Shown here: piece after piece, positions 51,772 to 62,989 of the stretch
How the letters are laid out: each line of letters opens with the position of its first letter
How positions within the stretch are numbered: the stretch's first letter is position 1
NCBI GenBank assembly: GCA_963811165.1
Contig: CAWEQH010000004.1
Span: 32,001 to 96,000, forward strand
Source: an uncultured Nitrospiraceae bacterium
Lineage (GTDB): Bacteria > Nitrospirota > Thermodesulfovibrionia > Thermodesulfovibrionales > UBA6898
DNA length: 64,000 nt
Direction of reading: 5' to 3'
Position numbers and translations under genes: made by a program
The notes under the pieces: model-generated
Told to the model about the DNA's origin: nothing
Databases searched by the model: none
The model's input: only the letters and a program-made list of their open reading frames with translations

Positions 51772-53243
51772 GAATGGATGAAATAATGAAAGGGACCGAA
51801 ATCAGGCGTATCTCCGGAGCGGCAGATGCGGAGGTTGCGGGCGTCGCCTATGATTCGAGAAAGGTGCTGCCCGGGTATCTCTTCGTTGCAGTGCGGGGTG
51901 AGCACGCCGACGGCCACGATTTTATTCAGGACGCAATCAAAAGAGGCGCTGTCGCGGTCGTCTGCGAAAAAGAACCGGCGGATAGTCAGTCTGTTACTGT
52001 TCCGGTGGTCCGCGTGGCTGACAGCAGGGCGGCACTCGCCGCGATATCGAACAGCCTCTACGGAAGACCTTCCGAATCGCTCTGCGGCATAGGCGTGACC
52101 GGCACCAATGGAAAGACGACGACGGCCTATCTGATTAAGTCCGTCCTTGAGTCCTGGGGGAAGAAGGTAGGGCTTATAGGGACGATACAGTATATGATCG
52201 GCGATGAGATCTATGAGGCCGACCATACGACGCCGGAGGCACTTGAGTTTCAGGGGCTCCTCTATCAGATGCTTATGTCGGGTTGTACTCACCTGGTTTC
52301 GGAGGTGTCTTCCCACGCGCTTTCGCAAAGACGTGTCGACGGGACCGTCTTTAGGGCCGGTCTTTTTACGAACCTCACGAGAGACCACCTTGATTTTCAT
52401 AAGACCATGGAGGACTACTTCTGTGCGAAGGAGAGACTGTTTAAGGAGTTGCTTGACGGCGTCGCGATCATCAATTATGACGACCCCTACGGAAGAAGGT
52501 TGCTGTCAGACATGGCACATCAGGGACTGAAGAAGTCTTATAGCTACGGGCTGGAAAAAGGCTCGGACTTTATGGCCGTTGATATCAAGGACTCCTTTGA
52601 GGGATTGCGTTTCAAGATTCTCACTGAAGGCGGAGTATACGAAGCCGAGGCGTCCTTGATGGGTTTGCCTAATGTCTACAATATCCTTGCCGCTGCAGGC
52701 GTATCTGTTGCTTTGGGGGTGCCGTGGGATGTGATACTTAGGGGGATAAAGGATGCGCCGCCCGTGAAAGGTCGTTTCGAACGGATAGACGCAGGACAAA
52801 AATTTCTCGCTATCGTCGATTACGCGCATACCGAAGACGCGCTCGAAAGGCTGATCTATACCGCCCGCGGCCTGACCGAAGGGAAGGTCATCACCGTTTT
52901 CGGCTGCGGGGGTGACAGGGACAGCGGCAAGCGGCCGAGGATGGGGGCCATTGCCACGAGGTTGAGTGATTTTGTGGTCATCACCTCAGACAACCCCAGA
53001 TCGGAAAAACCGGAGAAGATAATACGCGAAATAGAGGCGGGTGCCGCAAAGAGGAACTACCTCGTCGAGCCCGACAGAAGGGAAGCGATAAGGAGGGCTA
53101 TTTTGCTTGCGGGAGATGGCGATATCGTTTTGGTGGCGGGCAAGGGCCATGAAAGTAATCAGGTCGTCGGCGGCAGGAGCTTCCATTTCAGCGACAGGGA
53201 GGTGCTTGAAGAGGCGATAAAGCAGCTGGTCGGCAACGACTAG
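51768..53243 (+). CDS. murE: UDP-MurNAc-tripeptide synthetase (mDAP)
   Basis: GTNGKTT, EVSSH, DYAHT, DNPR, AGKGHE. Confidence 0.96.
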   Translation: MRMDEIMKGTEIRRISGAADAEVAGVAYDSRKVLPGYLFVAVRGEHADGHDFIQDAIKRGAVAVVCEKEPADSQSVTVPVVRVADSRAALAAISNSLYGRPSESLCGIGVTGTNGKTTTAYLIKSVLESWGKKVGLIGTIQYMIGDEIYEADHTTPEALEFQGLLYQMLMSGCTHLVSEVSSHALSQRRVDGTVFRAGLFTNLTRDHLDFHKTMEDYFCAKERLFKELLDGVAIINYDDPYGRRLLSDMAHQGLKKSYSYGLEKGSDFMAVDIKDSFEGLRFKILTEGGVYEAEASLMGLPNVYNILAAAGVSVALGVPWDVILRGIKDAPPVKGRFERIDAGQKFLAIVDYAHTEDALERLIYTARGLTEGKVITVFGCGGDRDSGKRPRMGAIATRLSDFVVITSDNPRSEKPEKIIREIEAGAAKRNYLVEPDRREAIRRAILLAGDGDIVLVAGKGHESNQVVGGRSFHFSDREVLEEAIKQLVGND

Positions 53244-53284
53244 AAATCATCAGATTTTTTTTAGGGGGGCTGTAGGACAACTTA

Positions 53285-54655
53285 ATGAGGCATTTATTAC
53301 TCGATGAAATAGTTAAGGCAACGGGGGGAAAGGTACTCTGCGCCGATAATGCGGAGTTCACCGGCCTGTCCATAGACTCGCGTTCGATAGGTACCGGCGA
53401 GCTCTTCGTTGCCATAAAAGGCGAACGATTTGACGGCCATTCTTTTTTGGGCGATGCGCTCAAAAAGGGAGCAGGCGCACTGGTCGATCACGAACCGGCG
53501 GGACTTTTCGAAGGCAAGACGCTTATCCGTGTCGAAGACACGCTCCATGCGCTCCAGGACATCGCAAGGCAGATGCGTCTTTTAAGAGACGTCCCGGTGG
53601 TGGGCGTTACCGGCACCAACGGAAAGACCACGACAAAGGAACTTGTCGCCTCTGTCCTGGGACAAAGGCGGAAAGTGCTCAAGACGCGGGGGAACCTCAA
53701 CAACCATATCGGGGTGCCCCTATGCATATCCCGCATGGATGGTGATGAAGGGGCGATGGTCATCGAGATGGGCTCAAACGCCGAGGGCGACATACGGCTC
53801 CTCTGTGAGATCGCCCGTCCCGGCATTGCGGTAGTGACGAACGTGGGCCTGGCTCATCTCGAAGGGTTCGGAAGCCTCGAGATGGTGAGGAAGACCGATC
53901 TGGAGATCCTGGAATATGTGAAGACGGTTTCGGTAAACGCCGACGACCGCTTTTTGCTTGAAGGTGTCGAAGGGTTCGGCGGAAAGACAGTCACCTACGG
54001 GATTGAGCGCAAGGCGGATGTCTACGCGGAAGACGTCGAGCTTCATGATACGGGGTCGCGGGTTACGATCTGTTTCCCCGGCGGCGGTACCGTCACGGTG
54101 GATCTCGTTATCTCCGGAATTTGCAATGTATATAACGCGCTCGCTGCGGCCTCTGTCGCACACGAATTAGGCGTGGAGAAACACGAGATAAAGCGCGGGC
54201 TCGAATCGTTCCATGGAGTGCCCATGAGACTTGAGGTGAAGGAACTCTCGGGGGCGCTTGTGATCAGCGATGTATATAACGCAAATCCTTCCTCGATGGA
54301 AGAGGCGGTGAAGGAACTCATCAGATTAAAAAGACGCCGGGCCATCGCAGTGCTCGGAGACATGCTCGAACTCGGCCGGTACGCCGTGTCGGCCCACCGG
54401 GAACTCGTAGAGGGACTGTCCAGGTCGGGGGTCGAAATGCTGATCGCAGTGGGATGCGAGATGAAGAGGGCCGCCTCGGAGTTTGCCGGCACGCACTACG
54501 AAGCGGACGACGCCAGAGGGGCCGGGTCCATACTTTCGGGCATCTTGACTGAAGGAGATACGGTCCTTATAAAGGGATCGAGGGGCATGCAGATGGAAAA
54601 GGTCCTCTCTGAAAACGGTGAAACGGCATCGGGGGCGTGCAAGAATGCTCTATAA
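53285..54655 (+). CDS. murF: UDP-MurNAc-pentapeptide synthetase
   Basis: GTNGKTTTKE, NLNNHIGVP, DVYNANP, GDMLELG, KGSRG. Confidence 0.96.
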   Translation: MRHLLLDEIVKATGGKVLCADNAEFTGLSIDSRSIGTGELFVAIKGERFDGHSFLGDALKKGAGALVDHEPAGLFEGKTLIRVEDTLHALQDIARQMRLLRDVPVVGVTGTNGKTTTKELVASVLGQRRKVLKTRGNLNNHIGVPLCISRMDGDEGAMVIEMGSNAEGDIRLLCEIARPGIAVVTNVGLAHLEGFGSLEMVRKTDLEILEYVKTVSVNADDRFLLEGVEGFGGKTVTYGIERKADVYAEDVELHDTGSRVTICFPGGGTVTVDLVISGICNVYNALAAASVAHELGVEKHEIKRGLESFHGVPMRLEVKELSGALVISDVYNANPSSMEEAVKELIRLKRRRAIAVLGDMLELGRYAVSAHRELVEGLSRSGVEMLIAVGCEMKRAASEFAGTHYEADDARGAGSILSGILTEGDTVLIKGSRGMQMEKVLSENGETASGACKNAL

Positions 54656-55728
54656 ACTCCTTTTCAGGATGCACGATTTTGCCTCTCCCCTAAACGTCTT
54701 TAGGTATATCACTTTCAGGACTGCCCTGGCCGTGATTACGGGGATGCTCCTTTCGTTATTTATAGGACCGAGGATTATCGCGTGGCTTAAGAAGATAAGT
54801 ATAACCCAGCAGATAAGGGACGACGGTCCCCGGTCGCACCTCAAGAAATCCGGGACCCCTACCATGGGCGGCATAATCATCATCGTCTGTATCATCCTGA
54901 CCATACTCATGTGGGGCGACATCGAAAATATGTACGTCTGGGTAATGGTCCTTTCTCTTATCGGCTATGGCGCGATAGGGCTGCTCGACGATTACCTCAA
55001 GGTCATAAAAAAAGAATTCGAAGGGCCTCAGGGCATGGTATAAATTCGGCGCACAGATACTCCTGGCCCTGGCCATAGGGTTGATCCTCTATATGAACCC
55101 GAGGGACCCGTACAGTGATGTGCTCAGTATCCCGTTCTTTAAAAGATGGCTTTTCGACCTGGGCTGGTTCTATATCCCCTTTTCGATACTCGTTATCGTC
55201 GGCTCCTCAAACGCCGTGAATCTTACCGACGGCATCGACGGACTGGCGATAGGGCTTGTGGGCATCGCGCTTCTGGCTAATATGATCCTCGTCTATATCT
55301 CGGGAAATGCGAAGTTCGCGCAGTACCTGCAGGTGCTCTACCTCCCGGGGACCGGTGAGCTTACGGTGGTCTGCGGGGCCATGCTGGGGGCCGCCCTGGG
55401 GTTTCTCTGGTTTAATTCCTACCCCGCCGACGTCTTTATGGGGGACGTCGGCTCCCTGAGTTTGGGCGGCTCACTCGGTACCCTTGCTATCATCACGAAA
55501 CATGAAATAGTCCTTGCCATCGTGGGCGGGATATTCGTAATAGAAACTCTTTCAGTCGTGTTCCAGGTCGCATCTTTCAAACTTACCGGGAAGCGGATCT
55601 TCAAAATGGCCCCGATCCACCATCATTTCGAGCTCGAAGGATGGCATGAATCGAAGGTCATCGTGAGGTTTTGGATCGTCGGCATAATGCTTGCGTTGCT
55701 GAGTCTGGCAACGCTGAAACTGAGGTGA
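54645..55728 (+). CDS. mraY: Phospho-N-acetylmuramoyl-pentapeptide transferase, apparent +1 frameshift in A7 run 55007-55013
   Basis: KSGTPTMGG and DDYLK in the first [22 protein letters not shown] and MAPIHHHFE in the second. Removing one A gives [13 protein letters not shown]. Confidence 0.93.
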
Positions 55729-55730
55729 TT

Positions 55731-56864
55731 ATGAGTGTGAAAAGTGAAAAGTTAAAAGTGAATAGTATCACAGTTTCAATTCTGCTCTCACTGAGTATGT
55801 TCTTCCTATCCACTTCAGGTTTGGGTGCAGAGGAGATAAAGTCCCGGGCTGCCGTTGTTATGGACGCCGTGACCGGCAGGGTGCTCTATGCGAAGAACCC
55901 CGACCTTAAACTGCTGCCGGCAAGCACAACGAAGCTTATGACGGCGCTTGTCGTGGTCGAAAAAGCGAAATTGTCCGACGTAACGACGATCAGTAAGAAA
56001 GCGGCAAATACACCGCCGACAAAGGTCGGATTTAAAGAGGGCGATAAAGTCACTTTAGAGACGCTGCTTTACGCCGCCTTGATAAAATCCGCCAACGATG
56101 CGGCCGTGGCACTGGCGGAGGCGGTGGCCGGTTCGGAAGAGGAGTTTGTGACGCTCATGAACAGGAAGGCACTGGCGATCGGCGCAGAAGATACAAAATT
56201 CGTCAACGCAAACGGCCTGCCGGCAGACGGACAGCATATTACCGCCTACGATCTTTCCAAGATCATGAGGCAGGCCATAAAATATCCGGTCCTGAAGGAA
56301 ATACTCGGCACAAGGATGACCGAAGTGGCCACCGAAGCGGGGAAGTCCAAGTTCATCAAGAATACAAACAAGCTGCTATGGTCCGATGAAGAGCTCTTGG
56401 GAGGCAAGACCGGATACACAAGGCAGGCCAGACACTGTTTTGTCTGCGCAGGCGAGCGTGAAAATGAGACGATCATCGTCGCCCTCCTCGGGGCCCCCAA
56501 CAGAGGCCTGCTCTGGAAAGAGTCCGAGGAACTGATGGCCTTCGGTGCGAAGGTCATCAACAAGGGCGAGGAACCGGTGGTTTACCTGACCAGGGACGAC
56601 GAGATGGCGAAGGCGACGAAGGTCTTATACACCGAAAGAAGCGGTTCCGGCGGTGACGGCGAGAAATGGAAGGGCGGAAGAGCCAAATACAGGCATGCCG
56701 CCAAGCATAAGGGCGTTGTCCTGGCGGCAGCGAAAAAGAAGGGGCATAAATCGGTAATCGCCCATCATAAGAGCAAGCATAAGCGGACTGTTAGGGTGGC
56801 TTCAAGGACCAAAAAAATAAAGAAGACTGTAGCAAAACGGGATGAGGATGGAGTTAAGGGATAG
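55731..56864 (+). CDS. D-Ala-D-Ala carboxypeptidase/endopeptidase (peptidase S11) with basic C-terminal tail
   Basis: PASTTK (SxxK), SAND, KTGYT; signal peptide. Confidence 0.88.
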   Translation: MSVKSEKLKVNSITVSILLSLSMFFLSTSGLGAEEIKSRAAVVMDAVTGRVLYAKNPDLKLLPASTTKLMTALVVVEKAKLSDVTTISKKAANTPPTKVGFKEGDKVTLETLLYAALIKSANDAAVALAEAVAGSEEEFVTLMNRKALAIGAEDTKFVNANGLPADGQHITAYDLSKIMRQAIKYPVLKEILGTRMTEVATEAGKSKFIKNTNKLLWSDEELLGGKTGYTRQARHCFVCAGERENETIIVALLGAPNRGLLWKESEELMAFGAKVINKGEEPVVYLTRDDEMAKATKVLYTERSGSGGDGEKWKGGRAKYRHAAKHKGVVLAAAKKKGHKSVIAHHKSKHKRTVRVASRTKKIKKTVAKRDEDGVKG

Positions 56865-58341
56865 GAGAGTAACTGTGGTCGGTCTCGCGAGGTCCGGCGT
56901 GGGCGCTGCGAATTTACTGGCGGGCATGGGCGCAGAGGTTACCGTGACCGATCTCAGGTCGGAGGCTGAATTAGCCGCGGCGGTGAAGAGGCTTGCGCCG
57001 TCGGTGAAACGCGTGCTCGGAGGGCATCCGCAAGAACTCTTTATGTCGGCTCAGATGATCGTCGTAAGCCCGGGCGTCCCGCTTGAGATGAAGCAGATAG
57101 TTTCTGCAAAGGCTGCAGGCATACCGGTCATCGGGGAACTCGAACTTGCATATCAGATAATGGAAACAGTAAAAAGCAAAGAGCATAGAGCAAAGGGCGG
57201 GGAAATAACGCAACGGCCGAAGGGTGAAGATAAAATCCCTTTTCTGGCGGTCACAGGCAGTAACGGAAAATCCACCACCACCACCCTCCTTGAATTGATG
57301 CTCAGAAAAGGCGGCTTTAAGACGTTGCTTGGCGGAAATATAGGCAACGCATTGTCGGAGGAAATTCTTAAAATCGTGAAAGGTGAAACGATAAACGCGA
57401 AGGGAGAGGGAAAGGACGTCAACTTCTTGCGAGATTTTGTCGTCGTCGAGGTGTCTAGTTTCCAGCTCGATTCGATAGACCGGTTCCGCCCGCATATCGC
57501 TACTGTCCTTAACATCACGCCCGACCATCTCGACAGGTATCACTCCATGTCGGAATACCGCAGTTCAAAGGCGAGGATCTCCGAAAACCAGGCCGAAGGC
57601 GATTTCATTTTGCTCAATGCGGACGACCCTGAAACGGCAAAAATCGGGGATGAAAGATCAAGGTCGGCGGCCGGCGGGCCGGATCTGTTTTATTTCAGCC
57701 GCAGCAAGAAGGTAAAGGGCATGTATTACAAGGACGGCCAAATATATTGCAATATCCCGGGTCTCCCAAGTCTTTCCGATCATCCCTTTATCGAAGCCGG
57801 GGAGATAAAGATCAAAGGTGTCCATAACCTGGAGAATGCCATGGCCGCCTCGGCCATGGCTCTCCTTGCAGGTTGCCCAAAACGGGCGGTGATAGAATCC
57901 CTAAGGGAGTTCCCAGGACTTGAGCACCGGCTTGAGTTCGTGCGCGAATTGGACGGAGTCAGATACATAAACGACTCCAAAGGGACAAACGTGGGCGCCG
58001 TGATGAAATCCGTGGAAAGCTTTGACGGCCCCGTGGTCCTCATTGCCGGAGGCAGGGACAAGGCAGGAGACTTTTCGGCCCTGAGGGACCTGGTGTCGCG
58101 CAAGGTCAAGGCGCTTGTGCTCATGGGCGAGGCGGCGGAGAAGATAAAGGGCGCACTTGGAGATGCGACCGACACGGTCATGGCCCGGGACTTAAAAGAC
58201 GCCGTAGCCAGGTGCCGTGAAAAGGCCGCAAAAGGGGACGTGATACTTCTTTCTCCCGCATGTGCGAGTTTCGACATGTTCAGGGATTTCGAGGATAGGG
58301 GAAGGCAGTTCAAAAAAATTGTCGCAGAGCTGGCCGGATGA
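56848..58341 (+). CDS. murD: UDP-MurNAc-L-Ala-D-Glu ligase
   Basis: GLARSG, SPGVP, GSNGKST, EVSSFQL, NDSKGTN, SPACASFD; alternative start 56842. Confidence 0.96.
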   Translation: MELRDRRVTVVGLARSGVGAANLLAGMGAEVTVTDLRSEAELAAAVKRLAPSVKRVLGGHPQELFMSAQMIVVSPGVPLEMKQIVSAKAAGIPVIGELELAYQIMETVKSKEHRAKGGEITQRPKGEDKIPFLAVTGSNGKSTTTTLLELMLRKGGFKTLLGGNIGNALSEEILKIVKGETINAKGEGKDVNFLRDFVVVEVSSFQLDSIDRFRPHIATVLNITPDHLDRYHSMSEYRSSKARISENQAEGDFILLNADDPETAKIGDERSRSAAGGPDLFYFSRSKKVKGMYYKDGQIYCNIPGLPSLSDHPFIEAGEIKIKGVHNLENAMAASAMALLAGCPKRAVIESLREFPGLEHRLEFVRELDGVRYINDSKGTNVGAVMKSVESFDGPVVLIAGGRDKAGDFSALRDLVSRKVKALVLMGEAAEKIKGALGDATDTVMARDLKDAVARCREKAAKGDVILLSPACASFDMFRDFEDRGRQFKKIVAELAG

Positions 58342-59546
58342 ATACGGAGACGCATGAGATGAAGGCGCCCGTGGTAAGGTCCTATGACAAAGTACTTTTC
58401 CTTATCATGCTCCTCTTGCTTGCCTTCGGGTCCCTTATGATCTACAGTTCGACGTCGGTGATAACGCCTCTTCTTGCAAAGAGGAACATCACGGAGTTCT
58501 ATTATTTTAAAAGGCACGCCCTCACGATGCTCATTGGAAGTATGATGCTTCTTTTTACCTATTCGTTGAAACCGGCTGTCCTGAAAAAGTTTTCTGTTCC
58601 CCTTCTCGTTTTTTCGTTTGTTCTCCTCTGTCTCGTGTTCCTGCCTCACATCGGGGTGACGGCAGGGGGCGCAAGGAGATGGATCAGGCTTTGGCCGACG
58701 ACCTTCCAGCCCTCGGAACTTGTCAAGCTGGCAATGGTCATATTTCTTGCGAGATATATGTCTTCCCCCGGATACAATACGGAAAGTTTCGGTTCCTTCG
58801 CAAAGCCGATTCTTATCATGGCGGTTTTTCAGCTGGTGTTTCTGAAACAGCCCGATTTCGGCTCAACGATGAGCCTCGCGTTTTTGACGTTCGCACTGCT
58901 TTTCATCTCAGGGATGAGACTGAGGTATATCGCCTCTGTCTTGGTCCTTGCGATTCCGGTCGTCTATAAGCTTGTGATGGAACCCTACCGGCTTAGAAGG
59001 ATTACCTCGTTTCTCAATCCCTGGAAAGACCCCTTGGGCAACGGCTTTCAACTCGTGCAATCGTTTATCTCCTTAGGCAGCGGCGGGATCACAGGGCTCG
59101 GCCTGGGGGAGTCGAAGCAGAAGCTTTCGTTCCTGCCTGCTTCCCACACGGACTTCATCTTTTGTCTCGTCGGAGAAGAGCTGGGGCTTATCGGCGCCTC
59201 GGTCCTGATCGCGCTTTTCATTTTTTTATTCATAAGAGGCATTTCCATAGCCAACAGGTCGAATGATAAGTTCGTCTGCTTCCTTGCATACGGTCTTACC
59301 ATGATGATATCGCTGCAGGCCCTCATCAACTTTGCCGTTGTTACCGGAGTTGTTCCTACAAAAGGTCTCCCCCTGCCCTTCTTAAGTTACGGGGGTTCGG
59401 CACTTCTGGTGAACATGGCTGCCGTCGGCATACTTCTTAGGATATCAAAAGGTGAAGACGAAAAAGTTGTTGAGGAAAACAGCGCGTTAAAGGCCAGGAG
59501 AATTGCGAGACGGAATATATACTCCAGGAAGGGGTACGGCAATTGA
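58338..59546 (+). CDS. ftsW: SEDS glycosyltransferase FtsW
   Basis: GARRWI, QPSELVK, QPDFG, HTDFIF, PFLSYGGS. Confidence 0.95.
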   Translation: MNTETHEMKAPVVRSYDKVLFLIMLLLLAFGSLMIYSSTSVITPLLAKRNITEFYYFKRHALTMLIGSMMLLFTYSLKPAVLKKFSVPLLVFSFVLLCLVFLPHIGVTAGGARRWIRLWPTTFQPSELVKLAMVIFLARYMSSPGYNTESFGSFAKPILIMAVFQLVFLKQPDFGSTMSLAFLTFALLFISGMRLRYIASVLVLAIPVVYKLVMEPYRLRRITSFLNPWKDPLGNGFQLVQSFISLGSGGITGLGLGESKQKLSFLPASHTDFIFCLVGEELGLIGASVLIALFIFLFIRGISIANRSNDKFVCFLAYGLTMMISLQALINFAVVTGVVPTKGLPLPFLSYGGSALLVNMAAVGILLRISKGEDEKVVEENSALKARRIARRNIYSRKGYGN

Positions 59547-60686
59547 AGGTGATAATAGCCGGCGGCGGGACGGGCGGACACCTATTTCCAGGGCTTGCTA
59601 TCGCTGAGGAATTCAAGCGGAGGGACGAAAATAACGAAGTGGTTTTTGTCGGTACGGAACACGGCATAGAGGCGAGGATTATTCCGAGGGAGGGATACCC
59701 TATCAGGTTCCTGCGCTCGGAAGGCATAGTCGGGAAGTCCCCGGTTGCGCGCATTAAGGCTACTGGCGAAACTCGTTCTTTCGGCACTTGACGCCCACCG
59801 CATATTGAAGCTTCTGACACCGGATATCGTGATCGGTGTGGGCGGTTACTCTTCGGGTGCGATTGTAATGATCGCCGGACTAAAGTCGATCCCGACGATG
59901 ATCCACGAACAAAACTCGGTCCCCGGTCTCACCAACCGGATACTCGGCAGGATGGTGCAGCGGGTATGCGTGACGTACCATGAAAGCGCCTCGTCATTCC
60001 CGATGGGCAAGACATTTCTGACCGGAAATCCCATCAGGGGGAAGATACTCAGGGGCGACAGGGAGGCCGCATACAGGCTTTTTTCCCTGTCGGAGGACAT
60101 GTTTACCGTCTTCATATTCGGCGGCAGTTCCGGAGCGAGATCGATAAACAGGGCGATGGTCGATGCCCTGAACCATCTGACGGACCTCAAGGACAAGATC
60201 CAGTTCCTGCATCAAACGGGCGACAGGGATTTTGAAAACATACGGGATGCTTACAGGAAGGCGGGAGTGAAGGGCACCGTCGCGCCGTTCATCTACCAGA
60301 TGGCCGAGGCATACGCGGTTGCCGATGTCGTTGTCTCGAGGGCCGGTGCAACGACCCTTGCCGAAATAACGGCGCTCGGGAAACCGGCCATTCTCGTCCC
60401 CTATCCTTATGCTGCCGGCCGTCATCAGGAGTGCAATGCACTTAAGCTCAGGGAGATGGGTGCGGCGTTCATGATGCCCGAAGACGAAATGAGAGGCGAG
60501 ACGCTCGCCAAAAATATCAGAGAGCTTTACGACAACGGGGCGCTGAGGGCGGAGATGCAAAGGTCGAGCCAGGGCCTCGGCAGGCCCGACGCCTGTAGTA
60601 AGATCGTGGACATCGCCATGAGCCTCGTAAGAAGCGAAAAAAAGGAAAAGATGAAATCGAGGGAAAAAGGACGCGCGCGTGTTTGA
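59543..60686 (+). CDS. murG: MurG glycosyltransferase, apparent +1 frameshift near 59761
   Basis: GGGTGGH in the first ORF; GGYSS, HEQN, GNP, GGSSGA and SRAGA in the second. Confidence 0.93.
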
Positions 60687-62067
60687 AAAGTACAAGGTCA
60701 TACATTTTGTGGGAATAGGCGGCGTAGGGATGTCGGGCATTGCGGAGGTGCTTCTGAACCTTGGATACGATGTCACCGGTTCTGACCTGAAGGAATCAGA
60801 CACGACGAAGAGACTGCGCGAAATGGGAATAAGGGTGCACATCGGCCACAGAGGAGAGAATATCGACAGCGCCCATGTCGTAGTCGTATCTTCGGCCGTC
60901 TCCTATGACAATCCGGAAGTTACCGCGGCCCGGGGGCTTAATGTCCCGGTCATCCCCCGCGCCGAGATGCTGGCTGAGCTCGGGAGGCTCAAGTACGGTA
61001 TCCTGGTCGCGGGCGCTCACGGGAAGACGACCACAACATCGCTGATCTCAACCGTCTTGGGAAACGGAGGGTTCGACCCCACGATAATCATCGGAGGAAA
61101 GCTCAAAGCCATCGGCAGCAACGCAAAACTCGGGAAAGGTGATTTCCTTGTCGCCGAAGCGGACGAAAGCGACGGATCCTTCCTGAAACTTTCTCCGACT
61201 ATTGCGGTCGTGACGAACATAGACAGGGAGCATATGGAATTTTTCAAGGAGATGACCCGGCTTAAGGAGGCTTTCCTTTCATTTATCAACAAGGTCCCCT
61301 TTTACGGGGTCTCGCTCATATGCACCGAAAACGAATATATAAGGGAGCTCCTGCCCGACATCCACAGGAGGTTCCTTACCTATGGTCTTTCCGAAGAGGC
61401 GGACATCCGCGCGGCGGACATAGAAAAAGACTTCATGTCCACGAGCTTCGGGGTGATCCGCAAGGGCGGGCTGGTCGGAAGGTTCTCCGTCCCCCTGCCG
61501 GGCATGCATAATGTCTTAAATGCACTGGCCTGTATCGGGGTGGCCCTCGAACTTAAGATGGATGCCTCGAGGATAAAAGAATCGCTGGCCGGCTTCAGCG
61601 GCATACAGAGGCGGTTTGAACTCAAAGGCGAAGCAGGGGGAGTAAGGGTATACGATGATTACGGTCACCATCCCACAGAGATAAGGGCCACCCTGGCCGC
61701 GGCAATGGAGAACATGCGCTACCTCGACGAGGGGGCCAGGCTCTTTGTCGTCTTCCAACCCCACAGGTTTACGAGGACGGCCGACCTCATGGATGAATTC
61801 ATCACCGCCTTGGAGGGCCCTGATCGCGTTTTGCTCTTGGACATTTACCCGGCGGGCGAGAAACCGATCGAAGGAATAACCTCAGGGGCATTATACGAAA
61901 AGATGAAGGGAAAAGGCAGCGGCAACGTTTCCTATTACAAAGAGAAAGAGGAAGCACTCGGGTATCTGGGTAAAGAGATGAAGAGGGGCGATATACTCCT
62001 TACCCTGGGCGCAGGGGATGTCTGGAGACTCGGAGAGAAGGCCCTGGAGAGACTTAATGAAGCGTAA
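60679..62067 (+). CDS. murC: UDP-MurNAc-L-Ala ligase
   Basis: GIGGVGMSG, GAHGKTTT, EADESD, DDYGHHPTE. Confidence 0.97.
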   Translation: MFEKYKVIHFVGIGGVGMSGIAEVLLNLGYDVTGSDLKESDTTKRLREMGIRVHIGHRGENIDSAHVVVVSSAVSYDNPEVTAARGLNVPVIPRAEMLAELGRLKYGILVAGAHGKTTTTSLISTVLGNGGFDPTIIIGGKLKAIGSNAKLGKGDFLVAEADESDGSFLKLSPTIAVVTNIDREHMEFFKEMTRLKEAFLSFINKVPFYGVSLICTENEYIRELLPDIHRRFLTYGLSEEADIRAADIEKDFMSTSFGVIRKGGLVGRFSVPLPGMHNVLNALACIGVALELKMDASRIKESLAGFSGIQRRFELKGEAGGVRVYDDYGHHPTEIRATLAAAMENMRYLDEGARLFVVFQPHRFTRTADLMDEFITALEGPDRVLLLDIYPAGEKPIEGITSGALYEKMKGKGSGNVSYYKEKEEALGYLGKEMKRGDILLTLGAGDVWRLGEKALERLNEA

Positions 62068-62983
62068 TCAGCAGGAATGGCTCGACACATTTAAAGGCGT
62101 CTGTGAGGGAGACATCGGGTTCGATGTCCCGATGAGTGAGCATACCGGTCTGTCCATAGGCGGACCTGCGGATATGTTTCTCATTCCGGCTGATCCGCTT
62201 TCGGTCAGGAACCTTATGGTCGTTTTAAAGAATAAGGGCGTGCCCTTCTTTACGCTTGGCGGCGGCACGAACGTTCTTGTGCGCGACGGAGGGATCGAGG
62301 GCGTCGTTGTATCGTTGAGAAACTTTAAAAGGATAGAAGTGATCAAAGAAGGAAATACCGATGCGGAGTTATTCGTGGAGGCGGGAGTGCCGCTTCAGAA
62401 ATATGTAAATTTCTGCAAAGGCCGGGGATATTCAGGGGCCGAGGGACTTACCGGCATACCCGGGACGGTCGGCGGGGCAATCTGCGGAAACGCCGGGTCA
62501 TACGGCTGTGAAATGAAAGACGCCGTTGTCTCAGCGGCGATCATGGATTCCGGCGGGAGACTGGACAGGTTCAAGACAGAAGTTCTCGGGTTCGGTTACC
62601 GGCGGTCCGGCATAAAGAAGACGGACATTGTGCTTAGCGCCAACATCAGGCTAAGGCGAGGGGACAAGGAAGTAGTGGCTACGAAGACCGACAAGTTCTT
62701 TTCAGAGAAAAAGTTGGGCCAGCCCATTTCCGAAAGGTCTGCGGGGTGTGTATTTAAAAACCCTCCGGAGATATCGGCGGGACGCCTCATCGATGAGGCC
62801 GGGTGCAAAGGGATGAAGGCAGGAGGGATAGAGGTGAGCATGCTCCATGGGAATTTTTTTATTAACAGGGGCGGAGGTACCGCCTCTGAGTACCTTGAGC
62901 TTATGGAGCGGGTTTCGGAGATCGTGCAAAAGAAATCCGGCATAACCCTCGAACCCGAGATCAGGGTCGTAGGGAGGGAATAG
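62057..62983 (+). CDS. murB: UDP-N-acetylenolpyruvoylglucosamine reductase
   Basis: IGGPA, GGGTN, GIPGTVGG, SAGCVFKNP, LEPEI. Confidence 0.95.
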   Translation: MKRNQQEWLDTFKGVCEGDIGFDVPMSEHTGLSIGGPADMFLIPADPLSVRNLMVVLKNKGVPFFTLGGGTNVLVRDGGIEGVVVSLRNFKRIEVIKEGNTDAELFVEAGVPLQKYVNFCKGRGYSGAEGLTGIPGTVGGAICGNAGSYGCEMKDAVVSAAIMDSGGRLDRFKTEVLGFGYRRSGIKKTDIVLSANIRLRRGDKEVVATKTDKFFSEKKLGQPISERSAGCVFKNPPEISAGRLIDEAGCKGMKAGGIEVSMLHGNFFINRGGGTASEYLELMERVSEIVQKKSGITLEPEIRVVGRE

Positions 62984-62989
62984 AGGTGA

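Noticed and set aside
55007..55013. Programmed frameshift or phase variation in mraY
   Set aside because: Restoring the frame needs loss of one base, not the -1 slip typical of A-AAA-AAG sites, and four similar +1 anomalies elsewhere point to sequencing error.
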